Origin: Dubosiella newyorkensis | Lineage (GTDB): Bacteria > Bacillota_I > Bacilli_A > Erysipelotrichales > Erysipelotrichaceae | NCBI RefSeq assembly: GCF_001945605.1 | Contig: NZ_MPKA01000021.1 | Coordinates: 48,157 to 80,156, forward strand | DNA length: 32,000 nt | Reading direction: 5' to 3' | Shown here: piece after piece, positions 15,420-25,089 of the stretch | Layout: each line of letters starts with the position of its first letter | Position numbering within the stretch: the stretch's first letter is position 1 | Notes under the pieces: model-generated | What the model was told of the DNA's origin: nothing | The model's input: only the letters and a program-made list of their open reading frames with translations | The model's database searches: none | Made by a program: the position numbers and the translations under genes

Positions 15420-17951
15420 TTAAGATAATTTGCGCTTGATCCAAACGATCAATACAATCGAAGTAACCAAAACGGCTAGGCTAGCGAACAATCCAGTCCG
15501 CATGGAAGTAGGCACTTTAGGGGCTACGACTTTAGTTTTTTCATTTTGGAAAGCGAACGTATAGATCGCTTGCTTTTCTTGTTTTTGATCGTCGATCGAA
15601 ACTGTTCCTTTTTCATCCACTACGATCTTCACCTTTCGTTTACTTCGATCATATCCATTAGGCGCCTTTGTTTCTTGGATCGAATACGTGCCTGCCTTCT
15701 GGATCGTAAAGAGAACCGTTCCATTTTGAGGATCTCCTTCCATGTTTTGGAGCATTTCACCCTCTTCGTCATAGAGTGCGAACTCAAAATCAAGAGAAAG
15801 GATCGGTTGATTTTGCATATCCACTTTTTGAACTTGGACTTTGATCGTTTCAAAATCATTTTCAAACAAATATTCAAATGGATTCGATCCAGTTTGCCAT
15901 TGCTCTTTTTCGATCGTTTCCATTTTCTCCAAACGCACATACCCTTGTGGCGCTTCTATTTCTTCAATCGTATAGGAGCCATAAGGAAGATCCGCTTCAA
16001 ACCGAACATTTCCTTCCTTATCGCTATATTGTGTTTCTAGCACTGTATTTTCTTCGATCTCGATTTCTTCTCCCTCTGGATTCACATAAGCGATCTTCTC
16101 TTTATTCGAAAGAGCGAACAAGGAATCCGCGAGAGGTTTTTTCGATTCGGCATCGATTTTTTGAATCTTGATCTTTGCTTTTTTACGTTCGTTTTCAAGC
16201 TTCGCTTTCTGAACAATCAACTGTGTTTCACTATTTTCCGCCTTCAATTCAATCGGATACTTTGTGGAATCTAAAACATAACCGTCTTTGGTTTTCGTTT
16301 CATGAACGACATAGTTTCCCAACGGAAGCTTTGCGCTGAACGCTTTTCCTTCATGATCCGTAGTTAGTTTTTCTACGACTTGTCCTTTTTCATAAAGGAT
16401 CGACTGATCGGCTGGATCTAGAATATCCTCTTGAGCGAGGATCTCGAATTCGACACCTTCAAGACCTTTAAGGGCGTATTCGAAATTCGTCTTGATCACT
16501 TCTTCTTGGATCGTTTCATGATCGACGAGAACTTCTCCTTGTTTTTGGATTTCGATCTGGCCACGAATCGCTTGATTGCTCATTTCGAATTCGATCGTTC
16601 CACTTCCCGTCTGTTCTTTGACGATCCAGTTTTTTTCTGGATCCAAATAATAATCTTTGCCGCTCTTGACTTCTCTTGCCTTATAGATATGATGACTTGA
16701 TTCGTACGCTTGAACTTTCGCGTTTACATCTTGTTCGGCTTTTTTTTGAGCCATCGCTTTTGCATCCGCTTCATTTCTATGAAACCCTTGCGCAAGCCAT
16801 TCATTTTGGCTGGCTTCATCGTACGCATCAAAATTGACTAAATAGTTTTCTTCATACGTTTCGGATTGGAATGTCTGCTTTTCTTGATGCTTGAATTCGA
16901 TCGTTCCTTGCCCGTTCGTCGAGGCGGTATGGATCAAAACATCGTCTTTATAAAATTCGAATTCAACGTTAGGAATCGGTTTTTTCGTCTCCGAATCCGT
17001 TTTCAGCAGCTGTAGATGAATGTTCATATTGCCTTCTTTGCTCGTATCGGCTTTGACTGTTTGTGTTTGCGGAGCGATATCGAGCTGATAATGGAAAGAA
17101 AAACTTGGTGTGTCTATCTTGCCAAAAGAACCGATCGTTTGATTGTTGTTTTGAAAATAGACTTTTTTAGAATTGGTGACTTCGTTCGATGGATATAATG
17201 CTTGATAAGAAAGGGTTCCTGTTTTTGAAGCGCCTTTTTCAAGCCACACGAGCAGCGTGTTTCCTTCCTGTTGGGCTTGAACATGGTCAGGAATCGAAGT
17301 GGAAAAATAATGAGTGAAGACAGAATTGGTGTCTTCTAAACGAATCGCGTTTTCTTTTCCATAACCAGCAAAGGTGATAGTTTGCTGGCTAAAAGAAACA
17401 GGTGTATCGAATGCTTTGATCCGTTCTAAGATCTGATTTCTTTTCTCTTGAACTTCGCTAGGAATATCATAGAGTTCTCCTGGATGTTTGACTTCCCACA
17501 TACAGATTTGGGTAGCGGCAGCCATCGCTTCTGAATAATCGCCTTGATAGCCATAGCCAACACTTTGGATCTTGGAAAGCAGCGCGATCTGTTCGGGCGT
17601 ATATCCTAATCCAAATACGTTTTGAGATAAGACGGCGTCGGCTTGTTCATTGAAGGCTTGAGAACCATACAGGATCGATTGCTCAAACAAAATATCTGGC
17701 TCCAAACAAAAGAGCACTTCATTGCCAACTTTGAAATAGCCAACATACGATAATGGATCATTCCATGAGATATAAGGGTTGTTTCTATCATCCCCTTGGA
17801 ATGTATAGAGCGGATATTTTCGACTCACGCTGGATAGAGGATAGAATTCGGCTTGCCACGTCCCTGAAGCGAACAAGGGGCTGATCATTCCTGTCAAAGT
17901 CATGAGCATGCTCGAAACAATCGCTAATGTAATGTGTAATAGTTTTTTCAT
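15420..17951 (-). CDS. Surface-anchored adhesin: signal peptide, candidate thioester (TQxA-type) domain, CnaB/SpaA-type repeats, C-terminal sorting-signal-like anchor
   Basis: Signal peptide: MKKLLHITLAIVSSMLMTLTGMISPLFASG. Candidate thioester residues: LFC82LEP and AATQ148ICMW. Repeated G-x-Y-x-(I/V)-x-E-x-x-x-P/K-x-GY motifs (LGNYVVHETKTKDGYV, YGSYTIEEIEAPQGYV, AGTYSIQETKAPNGYD). C-terminus: ..PTSMRTG-LFASLAVLVTSIVLIVWI-KRKLS. SD GAAGGAG. Confidence 0.75.
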   Translation of the reverse strand: MKKLLHITLAIVSSMLMTLTGMISPLFASGTWQAEFYPLSSVSRKYPLYTFQGDDRNNPYISWNDPLSYVGYFKVGNEVLFCLEPDILFEQSILYGSQAFNEQADAVLSQNVFGLGYTPEQIALLSKIQSVGYGYQGDYSEAMAAATQICMWEVKHPGELYDIPSEVQEKRNQILERIKAFDTPVSFSQQTITFAGYGKENAIRLEDTNSVFTHYFSTSIPDHVQAQQEGNTLLVWLEKGASKTGTLSYQALYPSNEVTNSKKVYFQNNNQTIGSFGKIDTPSFSFHYQLDIAPQTQTVKADTSKEGNMNIHLQLLKTDSETKKPIPNVEFEFYKDDVLIHTASTNGQGTIEFKHQEKQTFQSETYEENYLVNFDAYDEASQNEWLAQGFHRNEADAKAMAQKKAEQDVNAKVQAYESSHHIYKAREVKSGKDYYLDPEKNWIVKEQTGSGTIEFEMSNQAIRGQIEIQKQGEVLVDHETIQEEVIKTNFEYALKGLEGVEFEILAQEDILDPADQSILYEKGQVVEKLTTDHEGKAFSAKLPLGNYVVHETKTKDGYVLDSTKYPIELKAENSETQLIVQKAKLENERKKAKIKIQKIDAESKKPLADSLFALSNKEKIAYVNPEGEEIEIEENTVLETQYSDKEGNVRFEADLPYGSYTIEEIEAPQGYVRLEKMETIEKEQWQTGSNPFEYLFENDFETIKVQVQKVDMQNQPILSLDFEFALYDEEGEMLQNMEGDPQNGTVLFTIQKAGTYSIQETKAPNGYDRSKRKVKIVVDEKGTVSIDDQKQEKQAIYTFAFQNEKTKVVAPKVPTSMRTGLFASLAVLVTSIVLIVWIKRKLS

Positions 17952-18102
17952 AAACCATTCTCCTTCTTCTAGTCGATTACGACGAGTATTGAATACGAAT
18001 TTTTTTTAAAGAATGGTTCCGAATTTTTATTTTTCTTATATTTCCCTTATTTTTCCCATACTTTCACATAGGTTCTTTTTTTGTGTGTTCTTCTTTTTCC
18101 TC

Positions 18103-18131
18103 TTGTTTCGATCGCCTCGCTTCAGTATGAT
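18103..18131 (+). promoter_or_regulatory. Sigma-A type promoter for ygiQ
   Basis: TTGTTT (18103-18108), a 17-nt spacer, then TATGAT (18126-18131), 33 nt upstream of the ATG. Confidence 0.4.
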
Positions 18132-18163
18132 AAAGAGCAACGAGTTAGAAAAGAGGTATCGAG

Positions 18164-19996
18164 ATGGCTTTTTTACCAACAAGCTATGAAGAGATGAAAC
18201 AAGCTGGTCTTGATTCGGTGGATTTCGTATATATTTGTGGAGATGCGTATGTAGATCATCCTTCGTTTGGATGCGCAATCATCACACGGACATTGGAAGC
18301 TTTCGGGTATACGTGTGCGATTTTAGCGCAACCCGATTGGAATAAGGACGAGGAGTTTTTACAGTTTGGAGAGCCGCGCCTTGGTTTCTTGATCTCTGCT
18401 GGCAACATTGATTCGATGGTCAATCATTATTCGGTCAATAGAAGACGCCGCGATAAAGACAATTATTCCGATCAAGGGATCATGGGGAAAAGACCGGATC
18501 GAGCGACGATCGTCTATTCGCAAGTGGTTCGTCGATTGTTTCCACACGCCAATATCTTGATCGGAGGAATCGAAGCCTCCCTTCGTCGATTGGCGCATTA
18601 TGATTATTGGGACGACGCGGTTCGCCGTTCGATCTTGATCGATTCGCAAGCGGATCTTTTGATGTTTGGGATGGGCGAGAATACGATCATCGAGGTGGCG
18701 GACGCTCTCAACAGCGGAATGAAGATCCAAGATCTCGTCTATATTCGAGGTACTGCTTGGAAAACGAAATCGCTTGACTCGATTTTTGATGATTATATCG
18801 TTTTACCTTCTTATGAAGAGGTAAAGACGGATAAATATGCCTACGCGAAAAGTTTTATGATCCAACATGAAAATCAAGACGCGATCCAATCGAAAATGCT
18901 GATCGAGCCTTACGATGGATGGTATGTCGTTGTCAATCAGCCCCCGCTTCCTTTGAGCCAAGAAGAAATGGATTTTACGTATTCTTTACCGTATGAGAGA
19001 ACTTTTCATCCAAAATACACTTATATTCCGGCTATCGAAGAAGTTCAGTTTTCGATCACGAGCAATCGCGGCTGCTTTGGGAATTGTGCCTTTTGTGCGA
19101 TCACAAGCCATCAAGGCCGGATCATTTCCACACGCAGTGTAGAAAGTGTCGTTGAGGAAGCAAAAACGATCACGAAGATGAAGAATTTTAAAGGGTATAT
19201 TCATGACATCGGAGGGCCAAGCGCCAATTTCTCAAGACCAGCGTGCGATAAACAAAGAGAATATGGCGCGTGCGCGAAACGAGAGTGCTTATGGCCTAGA
19301 AAATGTCCCAACATGAAAGTCGACCATTCGCATTATGTCGAGATGCTTGATGCCGTCCGCGAACTTCCTGGCATCAAAAAAGTCTTTATCCGCTCGGGGA
19401 TTCGTTATGATTATTTGATGTACGATCAAGACGATACGATGTTCGACCGCCTCGTCCAATATCATGTGAGCGGCCAGTTGAAAGTGGCGCCTGAACATGT
19501 AAGCGCGGAAGTGCTTGATAAAATGGGGAAACCAAGAAAAGAGCTGTACTTTAAATTCGTCGATAAATTCTATCAAAAAAACAAACAATTCAACAAGAAT
19601 CAATTTCTTGTCCCGTATTTGATGAGCTCGCATCCAGGAAGCACGTTGAAAGACGCGATTGAACTGGCTTGTTATTTGAAGAAGATCCACCATACGCCTA
19701 AACAAGTCCAAGACTTTTATCCGACTCCAGGTACGTTAGCGACTTGCATGTATTATACGGAAATGGATCCAAGAACAAAAAAGCCAGTCTATGTTGCCAA
19801 AACCTATCATGAAAAACTAGAACAGCGTGTCTTGATGCAGTATTCGTATCCAAAAAACTATGCGCTCGTCAAAAAAGCGCTCATCAAGGCTGGTCGGGAA
19901 GATCTGATCGGAAATGGTCCAAAATGCTTGATAAAAACGTATCCTCCTCGCATGGTTTCTAAGAAAAAGTCAAGCAAAAAGCATATTGACAAATAG
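18164..19996 (+). CDS. ygiQ: YgiQ-family (UPF0313) radical SAM protein
   Basis: N-terminus MAFLPTSYEEMKQAGLDSVDFVYICGDAYVDHPSFGCAIITRTLE. CxxxCxxC cluster: CFGNCAFC. Lys-rich C-terminal tail. Length 610 aa. Confidence 0.9.
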   Translation: MAFLPTSYEEMKQAGLDSVDFVYICGDAYVDHPSFGCAIITRTLEAFGYTCAILAQPDWNKDEEFLQFGEPRLGFLISAGNIDSMVNHYSVNRRRRDKDNYSDQGIMGKRPDRATIVYSQVVRRLFPHANILIGGIEASLRRLAHYDYWDDAVRRSILIDSQADLLMFGMGENTIIEVADALNSGMKIQDLVYIRGTAWKTKSLDSIFDDYIVLPSYEEVKTDKYAYAKSFMIQHENQDAIQSKMLIEPYDGWYVVVNQPPLPLSQEEMDFTYSLPYERTFHPKYTYIPAIEEVQFSITSNRGCFGNCAFCAITSHQGRIISTRSVESVVEEAKTITKMKNFKGYIHDIGGPSANFSRPACDKQREYGACAKRECLWPRKCPNMKVDHSHYVEMLDAVRELPGIKKVFIRSGIRYDYLMYDQDDTMFDRLVQYHVSGQLKVAPEHVSAEVLDKMGKPRKELYFKFVDKFYQKNKQFNKNQFLVPYLMSSHPGSTLKDAIELACYLKKIHHTPKQVQDFYPTPGTLATCMYYTEMDPRTKKPVYVAKTYHEKLEQRVLMQYSYPKNYALVKKALIKAGREDLIGNGPKCLIKTYPPRMVSKKKSSKKHIDK

Positions 19997-20035
19997 TTTT
20001 TTTGCTTGTATTATTGAATGGTCATGATAATGTAT

Positions 20036-20123
20036 GGAGAGTTGTCCGAGCGGCTTAAGGTGCAGTCTTGGAAAGGCTGTGTAGCGAAAGTTACCAAGAG
20101 TTCGAATCTCTTACTCTCCGCCA
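20036..20123 (+). tRNA. tRNA-Ser (anticodon GGA) with encoded CCA
   Basis: Acceptor stem GGAGAGT/ACTCTCC. Anticodon stem CAGTC/GGCTG with loop TTGGAAA (anticodon GGA). Long variable arm. T-arm AGAGTTCGAATCTCT. 3' GCCA. Confidence 0.9.
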
Positions 20124-20135
20124 TTCAAAAAATAA

Positions 20136-20158
20136 TCTCCCGCAAGGGAGTTTTTTTT
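20136..20158 (+). terminator. Rho-independent terminator after tRNA-Ser
   Basis: CTCCC-GCAA-GGGAG followed by T8. Confidence 0.8.
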
Positions 20159-20190
20159 GTGCCTAAATTTACTTTTTGCACACTCTAAAA

Positions 20191-20219
20191 AAGAACCGCT
20201 ATTGTGCTTCGCGGTTCTT
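20191..20219 (-). terminator. Terminator of the alpha-galactosidase (pseudo)gene
   Basis: Minus-strand AAGAACCGC-GAAGCACAATA-GCGGTTCTT followed by TTTTAG. It overlaps the restored stop codon at 20199-20201. Confidence 0.6.
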
Positions 20220-22399
20220 TGAATCGATTTGTTCGAGTTCGATCATACATGCTTCATCGGTTCCTAATTGATCAGGTAAGATTAGACCCGCATCAATGCT
20301 TTTCCCATAAAGAGGTGGCCATCTTCTTTTCGACGATACCAACGATTCTCATCAAGGCCTTGCAAAAAGACGTGCGGCTTTTTCATGTTGGGCCTATGTT
20401 CGAAAACGACCGCTTGCACGATAATCTTCTTTTCATCTTTCGATACAAATGACCATGCGCTGACATTTTGTTGATTCGGATCCGAAAGCCGATAATAATC
20501 TCTTTCTAAAACGAGTTCCTGCATCGATTTATAGACCTTGATTTGTTCTTTGACTTCTTCTTTTTCTTTAGGACTCAATTCAGAAAGATCCAATTCATAA
20601 CCAAATGTTCCAGCCATCGCCACGATCCCTCTTGTGTAAAGAGAAATATTTCGTCCTGTTTGATGATTCGGGATCGCCGAGACATGGGATCCTGTCGCGC
20701 TGATCGGATAAAAGAAGCTAGTCCCGTGTTGGATAAAACAACGATTATGGGCATCTGTATCGTCTTAACACCAATATTGCGGAAAATAGTATAACATTCC
20801 CGTGTCAAAGCGTCCCCCTCCGCCTGCGCATCCTTCAAACAAAATATTTTCAAATCGGGATGTTAGTCGATCTGCAAGATCGTAAACTCCAAGCATATAA
20901 CGATGCGCCATTTCGCTTTGCATTTTTGGACTAAGCGAAGGAGCGTAAAAGTCGCTGATCGAACGATTCATATCCCATTTGATATAATCGATCTCGTTTT
21001 CCTCGATCAACTTAGCAAAAATGTGTTCCAAATAGTCGACCACTTCTGGATTCGCCATATCAAGAACGAGCTGATATCGGCTGCGGGCGGGATCTCGCAA
21101 TGGAGATCGAAGCACCCAATTGGGATGATCGCGATAGAGCTTCGAGTTTTCAGATACCATTTCTGGCTCGATCCACAAGCCAAACTGCATTCCTAAAGCA
21201 TGGATCTTTTCGACAAGTTGTCTTAGCGGCATTTGTAGCTTTTCTTCGTTGACGAACCAGTCTCCTAAGCTTGAATCGTCATTGTGACGCTCTCCAAACC
21301 ATCCATCATCCAAAACGAACAGCTCGATCCCAAGTTCGTACGCGCTTCTCGCGATCGAAAGAAGCTTTTCTCCATTGAAATCGAAATAGGTCGCTTCCCA
21401 GTTGTTGATCAAGATTGGTTTTTTTTGATGAACAAAAGAAGAGCGGATCTAATGAGAACGGATAAAATCGTGATATTGATTGCTTAAAACACCTAATCCT
21501 TTTTCTGAATAGGACAAGATCGCTTATGGCGCGCACAAATGCTCACCTGGTTTCAACTGCCAGCGAAAGTTCTCGCTACGAAGTCCGATCGTCGCACGAA
21601 TCTGATCCAGTTGATCTTTTTCTATATCGGCTTCAAAACCGCCCGAATAGACAAGAAGCATTCCATACGCTTCTCCGCTTGTTTCGTTCGTGTTCTTTTT
21701 CGCAAGGATAATTCCTGGATTGTGCTGATGAGAAGATTGACCACGTCTAGATCCGATAGAAAATGTTCCATGGCTCAAAGACGTGCGCTCTGTAAGTCGT
21801 TCCATGGCATGTCTTCCATGAAAGTGGATCACTTCGTAATCGCTTTCTGGTAAATCGAGACTTGCGCTCACGGCCTTTTTTACTTGAATTTCAAAAGGCG
21901 TCATATTGCGTATCGTGACCGAACGGGTGATTACATTTTCTTCCTCGAAGATCCCATAGAGCCAATATACAAAGATGTCATATACAGTATCCTTGAACGT
22001 GATCTTTAAGGATTGTGTCTTTTGGTCACGATCAAACGAGGCGGGCAGCTTTTCGATCGTATATTTTCCATCGAGAATCTCATAGGAATAATAGCGCAGA
22101 TCGAGCGAAGAAGAACCATCCGGAACTCTCAGTAACAAAGCCGGTTCGCGAAAATCCGAGATCCCGCCGCATGGATACTCAAGAAGACAATCGTTCAGAG
22201 AGTACATTCGGCTTTTTTCCGTATCCCATAAATTGGCAGAAAAGCTGATTTCTGGATAATCTTCGATATAACTCATATCCATTTCTGTATTTGGCCCATA
22301 CCATGTATGGTTCAATATCCCATACTGATCGACTTTCATTTGATAGAGAGAACCGTTTGTCGTCAGCGAAAACACTTGATCTCGTACTTGTATTGACAT
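20199..22399 (-). pseudogene. aga: GH36 alpha-galactosidase pseudogene (three in-frame stops plus one frameshift)
   Basis: A single reading frame carries MSIQVRDQVFSL.., ..PILINNWEATYFDFNGEKLL..DDGWFGERHNDDSSLGDW..KWDMNR..CAGGGGRFD.. and ..GTFGYELDL... It is interrupted by TAA at 21524-21526 (..HLCAP*AILSYSEKG..), TAG at 21449-21451 (..FIRSH*IRSS..) and TAA at 20765-20767 (..PQYWC*DDTDA..). A 1-nt loss at about 20287-20290 moves the conserved tail GLILPDQLGTDEACMIELEQ.. out of frame. Confidence 0.85.
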
Positions 22400-22488
22400 T
22401 TTTAATCTTCTTTCTGTTTGATTAATTCCATGTTTTATTCGAATGAGTTTTAAATGTCAACTAGATTTAGTAAATTTTTTTGTTTTTT

Positions 22489-22770
22489 TTACTTACTCAT
22501 TTCAATTTCAGTTGGTTTTTTCCAACGCATTTCTTGACGATATTGTTTGGGTGACTTATTAAAAAGGGATTTAAAAGCACGAGAAAAATGAAGCTGATTC
22601 TCATAGCCGACTTCTTGCAAGATCTCGGCGATCTTCATATCGCTCACTTGCAACATACCGGCCGCCTTGGTCATACGATACTGTAATAAAAACTGCATAG
22701 GAGCCTTTCCAGTCACTAGTTTGAAGCTTCCGATTCTCTTAAAAAGACCCTCGATCAACAAGGCTTTCAA
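22489..22770 (-). pseudogene. AraC-family regulator remnant (C-terminal HTH half only)
   Basis: ..GKAPMQFLLQYRMTKAAGMLQVSDMKIAEILQEVGYENQLHFSRAFKSLFNKSPKQYR covers the end of HTH-1 plus HTH-2. No ligand-binding or dimerisation domain is present. Upstream sequence switches abruptly to an opposite-strand ABC ATPase fragment. Confidence 0.65.
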
Positions 22771-23043
22771 AATGGAAGAACGCTTAAAATTGGTATTCGT
22801 CCTGAAAATTTGCGTGTTGGAACCAAGGAAGACAAAAATAAGCTAACAGGACGAGTGGATGTAGCAGAAATGCTCGGCAGTACGACAAACATTTATATTA
22901 CTATGAAAAACGGTGCGAAGGTCGTGGCGGCTTTACCTGGCGATGTGCGAGCGTAAACCGATCAAGAGCTCTTTCTCGTTCCAGATCTAGATATGCTCCA
23001 TGTTTTCGATGCGGAAACGGGATTGAATATTCTAGAGATGTGA
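22771..23043 (+). pseudogene. MsmK/MalK-type sugar ABC ATPase remnant (C-terminal regulatory domain only, with in-frame stop)
   Basis: Frame-1 translation gives ..LKIGIRPENLRVGTKEDKNKLTGRVDVAEMLGSTTNIYITMKNGAKVVAALPGDVRA*TDQELFLVPDLDMLHVFDAETGLNILEM*. The IGIRPE..V.V.E.LG......HVFD.ETG pattern is typical of MalK/MsmK C-termini. TAA at 22954-22956. No Walker motifs lie upstream. Confidence 0.65.
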
Positions 23044-23050
23044 ATAGAAA

Positions 23051-23088
23051 AAAGAACTGTAATCCATTAAATTTGGACACAGTTCTTT
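23051..23088. terminator. Hairpin terminator between the MsmK remnant and the lipoprotein gene (mainly serves the minus-strand operon)
   Basis: AAAGAACTGT / ACAGTTCTTT 10-bp stem with an 18-nt loop. On the minus strand it is followed by TTCTATT. Confidence 0.5.
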
Positions 23089-23092
23089 CTAT

Positions 23093-23881
23093 TTACTCTA
23101 TCGAGTGTTGGAATACGTCTTGCACGAGGGCTTCGATTTGTTTCTTTTGCGCTTGCGTAAGGATCGAATTTTCTTTTGTGATCGTGATCTCTTGATCGAA
23201 TCGGACGACATTATCACCATATATTGTCGTTTGCTTGGTCACGCTTCGAATGGAGACGAGTCTGTTTTGCTGGTCGAGCGTAAAATACATTTCATTGAAT
23301 TGGATCTGAATATCCACGACGTCGTTCAATCCTTGATCATAAGACTCGAGAATTTGTTCACTTTTTTCGTTTGGATCTTTTAAAGTCACCTTAATCACCT
23401 GTCCTTCTCGTTCATAACTGTAATTGGGATCAAGGCCAATGATTTCTCCTTTCACATCTCTTTGAAAAATAGTCGAAAGAGTGCTGGAGAACGGGTTGTT
23501 TATAACAAATACAATTGGCATAGAAGTGTAACCATCGTCAATATACTGCTCCTCTTCTTTTTTGAGATTCATCACGATTCCTTGCTCTCCATCAATCGCC
23601 GTTACGCTTTGAACTCGAATCTCTACTGGGTCTGTTCTTAAACAATCGTTCAAGTCGTATTGGATCCCCTCGGATTTCCAGATATCGTTATAAAAGGTGA
23701 GTGCGTGCCCATCGTGGATCGCGACCGTTTGATAACAACCTTCCGCCCCTGTTTCTTGTTGATACTCGAAAGCTTCTTTCATTACGGGATAAATCGAAGG
23801 ATCTTCTTTCTTTTGGCTATGACAGCCGACCATAGTGAACATCAGCAGTCCGATGAATCCTAGCTTGATTAAATTTTTCAT
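23093..23881 (-). CDS. Lipoprotein of unknown function (262 aa)
   Basis: Start at MKNLIKLGFIGLLMFTMVGC-HSQKK, a signal peptide with lipobox MVGC. SD GGAGGTG. The ATGA overlap with the anti-sigma stop indicates coupling. Confidence 0.75.
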   Translation of the reverse strand: MKNLIKLGFIGLLMFTMVGCHSQKKEDPSIYPVMKEAFEYQQETGAEGCYQTVAIHDGHALTFYNDIWKSEGIQYDLNDCLRTDPVEIRVQSVTAIDGEQGIVMNLKKEEEQYIDDGYTSMPIVFVINNPFSSTLSTIFQRDVKGEIIGLDPNYSYEREGQVIKVTLKDPNEKSEQILESYDQGLNDVVDIQIQFNEMYFTLDQQNRLVSIRSVTKQTTIYGDNVVRFDQEITITKENSILTQAQKKQIEALVQDVFQHSIE

Positions 23882-25089
23882 GATTGGATCACCTCCACAT
23901 TCAGACCGTCTTTTTCTTTTTCGATCACGAATTCGATCGGCTGCCACTTGTTTGAGTATTTAAAACGAATGAGTCCTGATTTAAGAGTGTTTCCATCGAG
24001 TTTGACTTTGACTTCTGCTTCATATTCTCCTTCATTCAAATTTGTCTGCAAGGAAGACAGAGGAGCGTTAGGCATTCCATTCATATACACTTTCTTTCCT
24101 TCATGCCAGATGATGAATTCGGTGAATTGAGCGTCTCTTAGATCTTTATAATTCAAAATGATCGTCGCGCTCGATGTCGACGAAGCTTCTTTTTCCATCC
24201 AGTTTTGAAGAATGATCGGATGTAAATAAGCTTCTTTAATCGAATCAAAATCGCTTTTCTTGAATATTCCTAGATCATCCCCTTCATAACTCCATCGAAT
24301 TTCCTTTACATCTTGAACAAGAGCTAAAAGACGCATCGAGAGTCGAGAAATCGTTAAAGATGGATCAAAGCTTTGTAGGTCGTTTTCTGGATCGAGAGAT
24401 TCTATATCCACAAACAACACACCGTTCTTGAATCGTGTCGTACACGATGCGATCGATGTTCCGTATGTGATGAGTCGCTTCACATCGTTTTGATCGCTAC
24501 CGCTTTTTGAACGCATATTGTAAAGACGAGCGATCGATTTTTTTATAGGATGGCCTTGGTCCCATTCTATGAGTCCGTTGATCCATACTTGATCGATATC
24601 GTCGGCTTCAAAAGAAGCTTGAAAGTTTTTCTCCCCGTTTGGGGTTTCAAATAAAGTCGCTTTCAAAATATTTTGTTCTTTTTTCCAGCGAATGCGTCCG
24701 ATTCCTTCTCCTTCTTTGAGATCTTGACTGTAGAGCTTGATTGTTCCTTGGTTATAGGTGATCGTGTTGATCAAATCCTTTGGCGGGATCATAGAGCCGA
24801 TCCCATACGTTTTGATGGCGAATAAGCTTCCGATAACCAAGCAGGTCGCGATGATGGTAATCACTAAATTTCGGGTGGTTTTTATTCGGATCGTTTTTAA
24901 ATAATCAATTTGGCGACTTGGTGCTTTCGTGATCGCATTGTCTGTCTTCATGTTTTTATAGGCCCTATCACATTGTGGACAAGTTCGTAAATGATCTTGG
25001 ATCCATTCGTTTGTTCTTTCATGGGTCAATCCTTCAATATAGCTTGGCAAAAGATCGAGTATAATGTCGTGTGTCGTTTGTTCATCCAT
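23878..25089 (-). CDS. Zinc-finger (H-x3-C-x2-C) anti-sigma factor with one TM helix and about 300-aa extracytoplasmic domain
   Basis: N-terminus ..DHLRTCPQCDRAYKNM.. TM helix LVITIIATCLVIGSLFAI. The start overlaps the sigma gene stop by 8 nt. Confidence 0.75.
   Translation of the reverse strand: MDEQTTHDIILDLLPSYIEGLTHERTNEWIQDHLRTCPQCDRAYKNMKTDNAITKAPSRQIDYLKTIRIKTTRNLVITIIATCLVIGSLFAIKTYGIGSMIPPKDLINTITYNQGTIKLYSQDLKEGEGIGRIRWKKEQNILKATLFETPNGEKNFQASFEADDIDQVWINGLIEWDQGHPIKKSIARLYNMRSKSGSDQNDVKRLITYGTSIASCTTRFKNGVLFVDIESLDPENDLQSFDPSLTISRLSMRLLALVQDVKEIRWSYEGDDLGIFKKSDFDSIKEAYLHPIILQNWMEKEASSTSSATIILNYKDLRDAQFTEFIIWHEGKKVYMNGMPNAPLSSLQTNLNEGEYEAEVKVKLDGNTLKSGLIRFKYSNKWQPIEFVIEKEKDGLNVEVIQS

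Noticed and set aside
15420-15530. Canonical LPXTG sortase motif in the adhesin
   Set aside because: There is no LPXTG or close variant with Pro at position 2. Only S-M-R-T-G precedes the hydrophobic helix and KRK tail. I report it as sorting-signal-like and do not call it a sortase substrate.
20036-23043. tRNA-Ser followed by degraded genes, considered as an integrated mobile element or genomic island
   Set aside because: I found no integrase, transposase, phage or plasmid gene, and no direct repeat of the tRNA 3' end. The remnants are ordinary sugar-utilisation genes, so this is decay in place.
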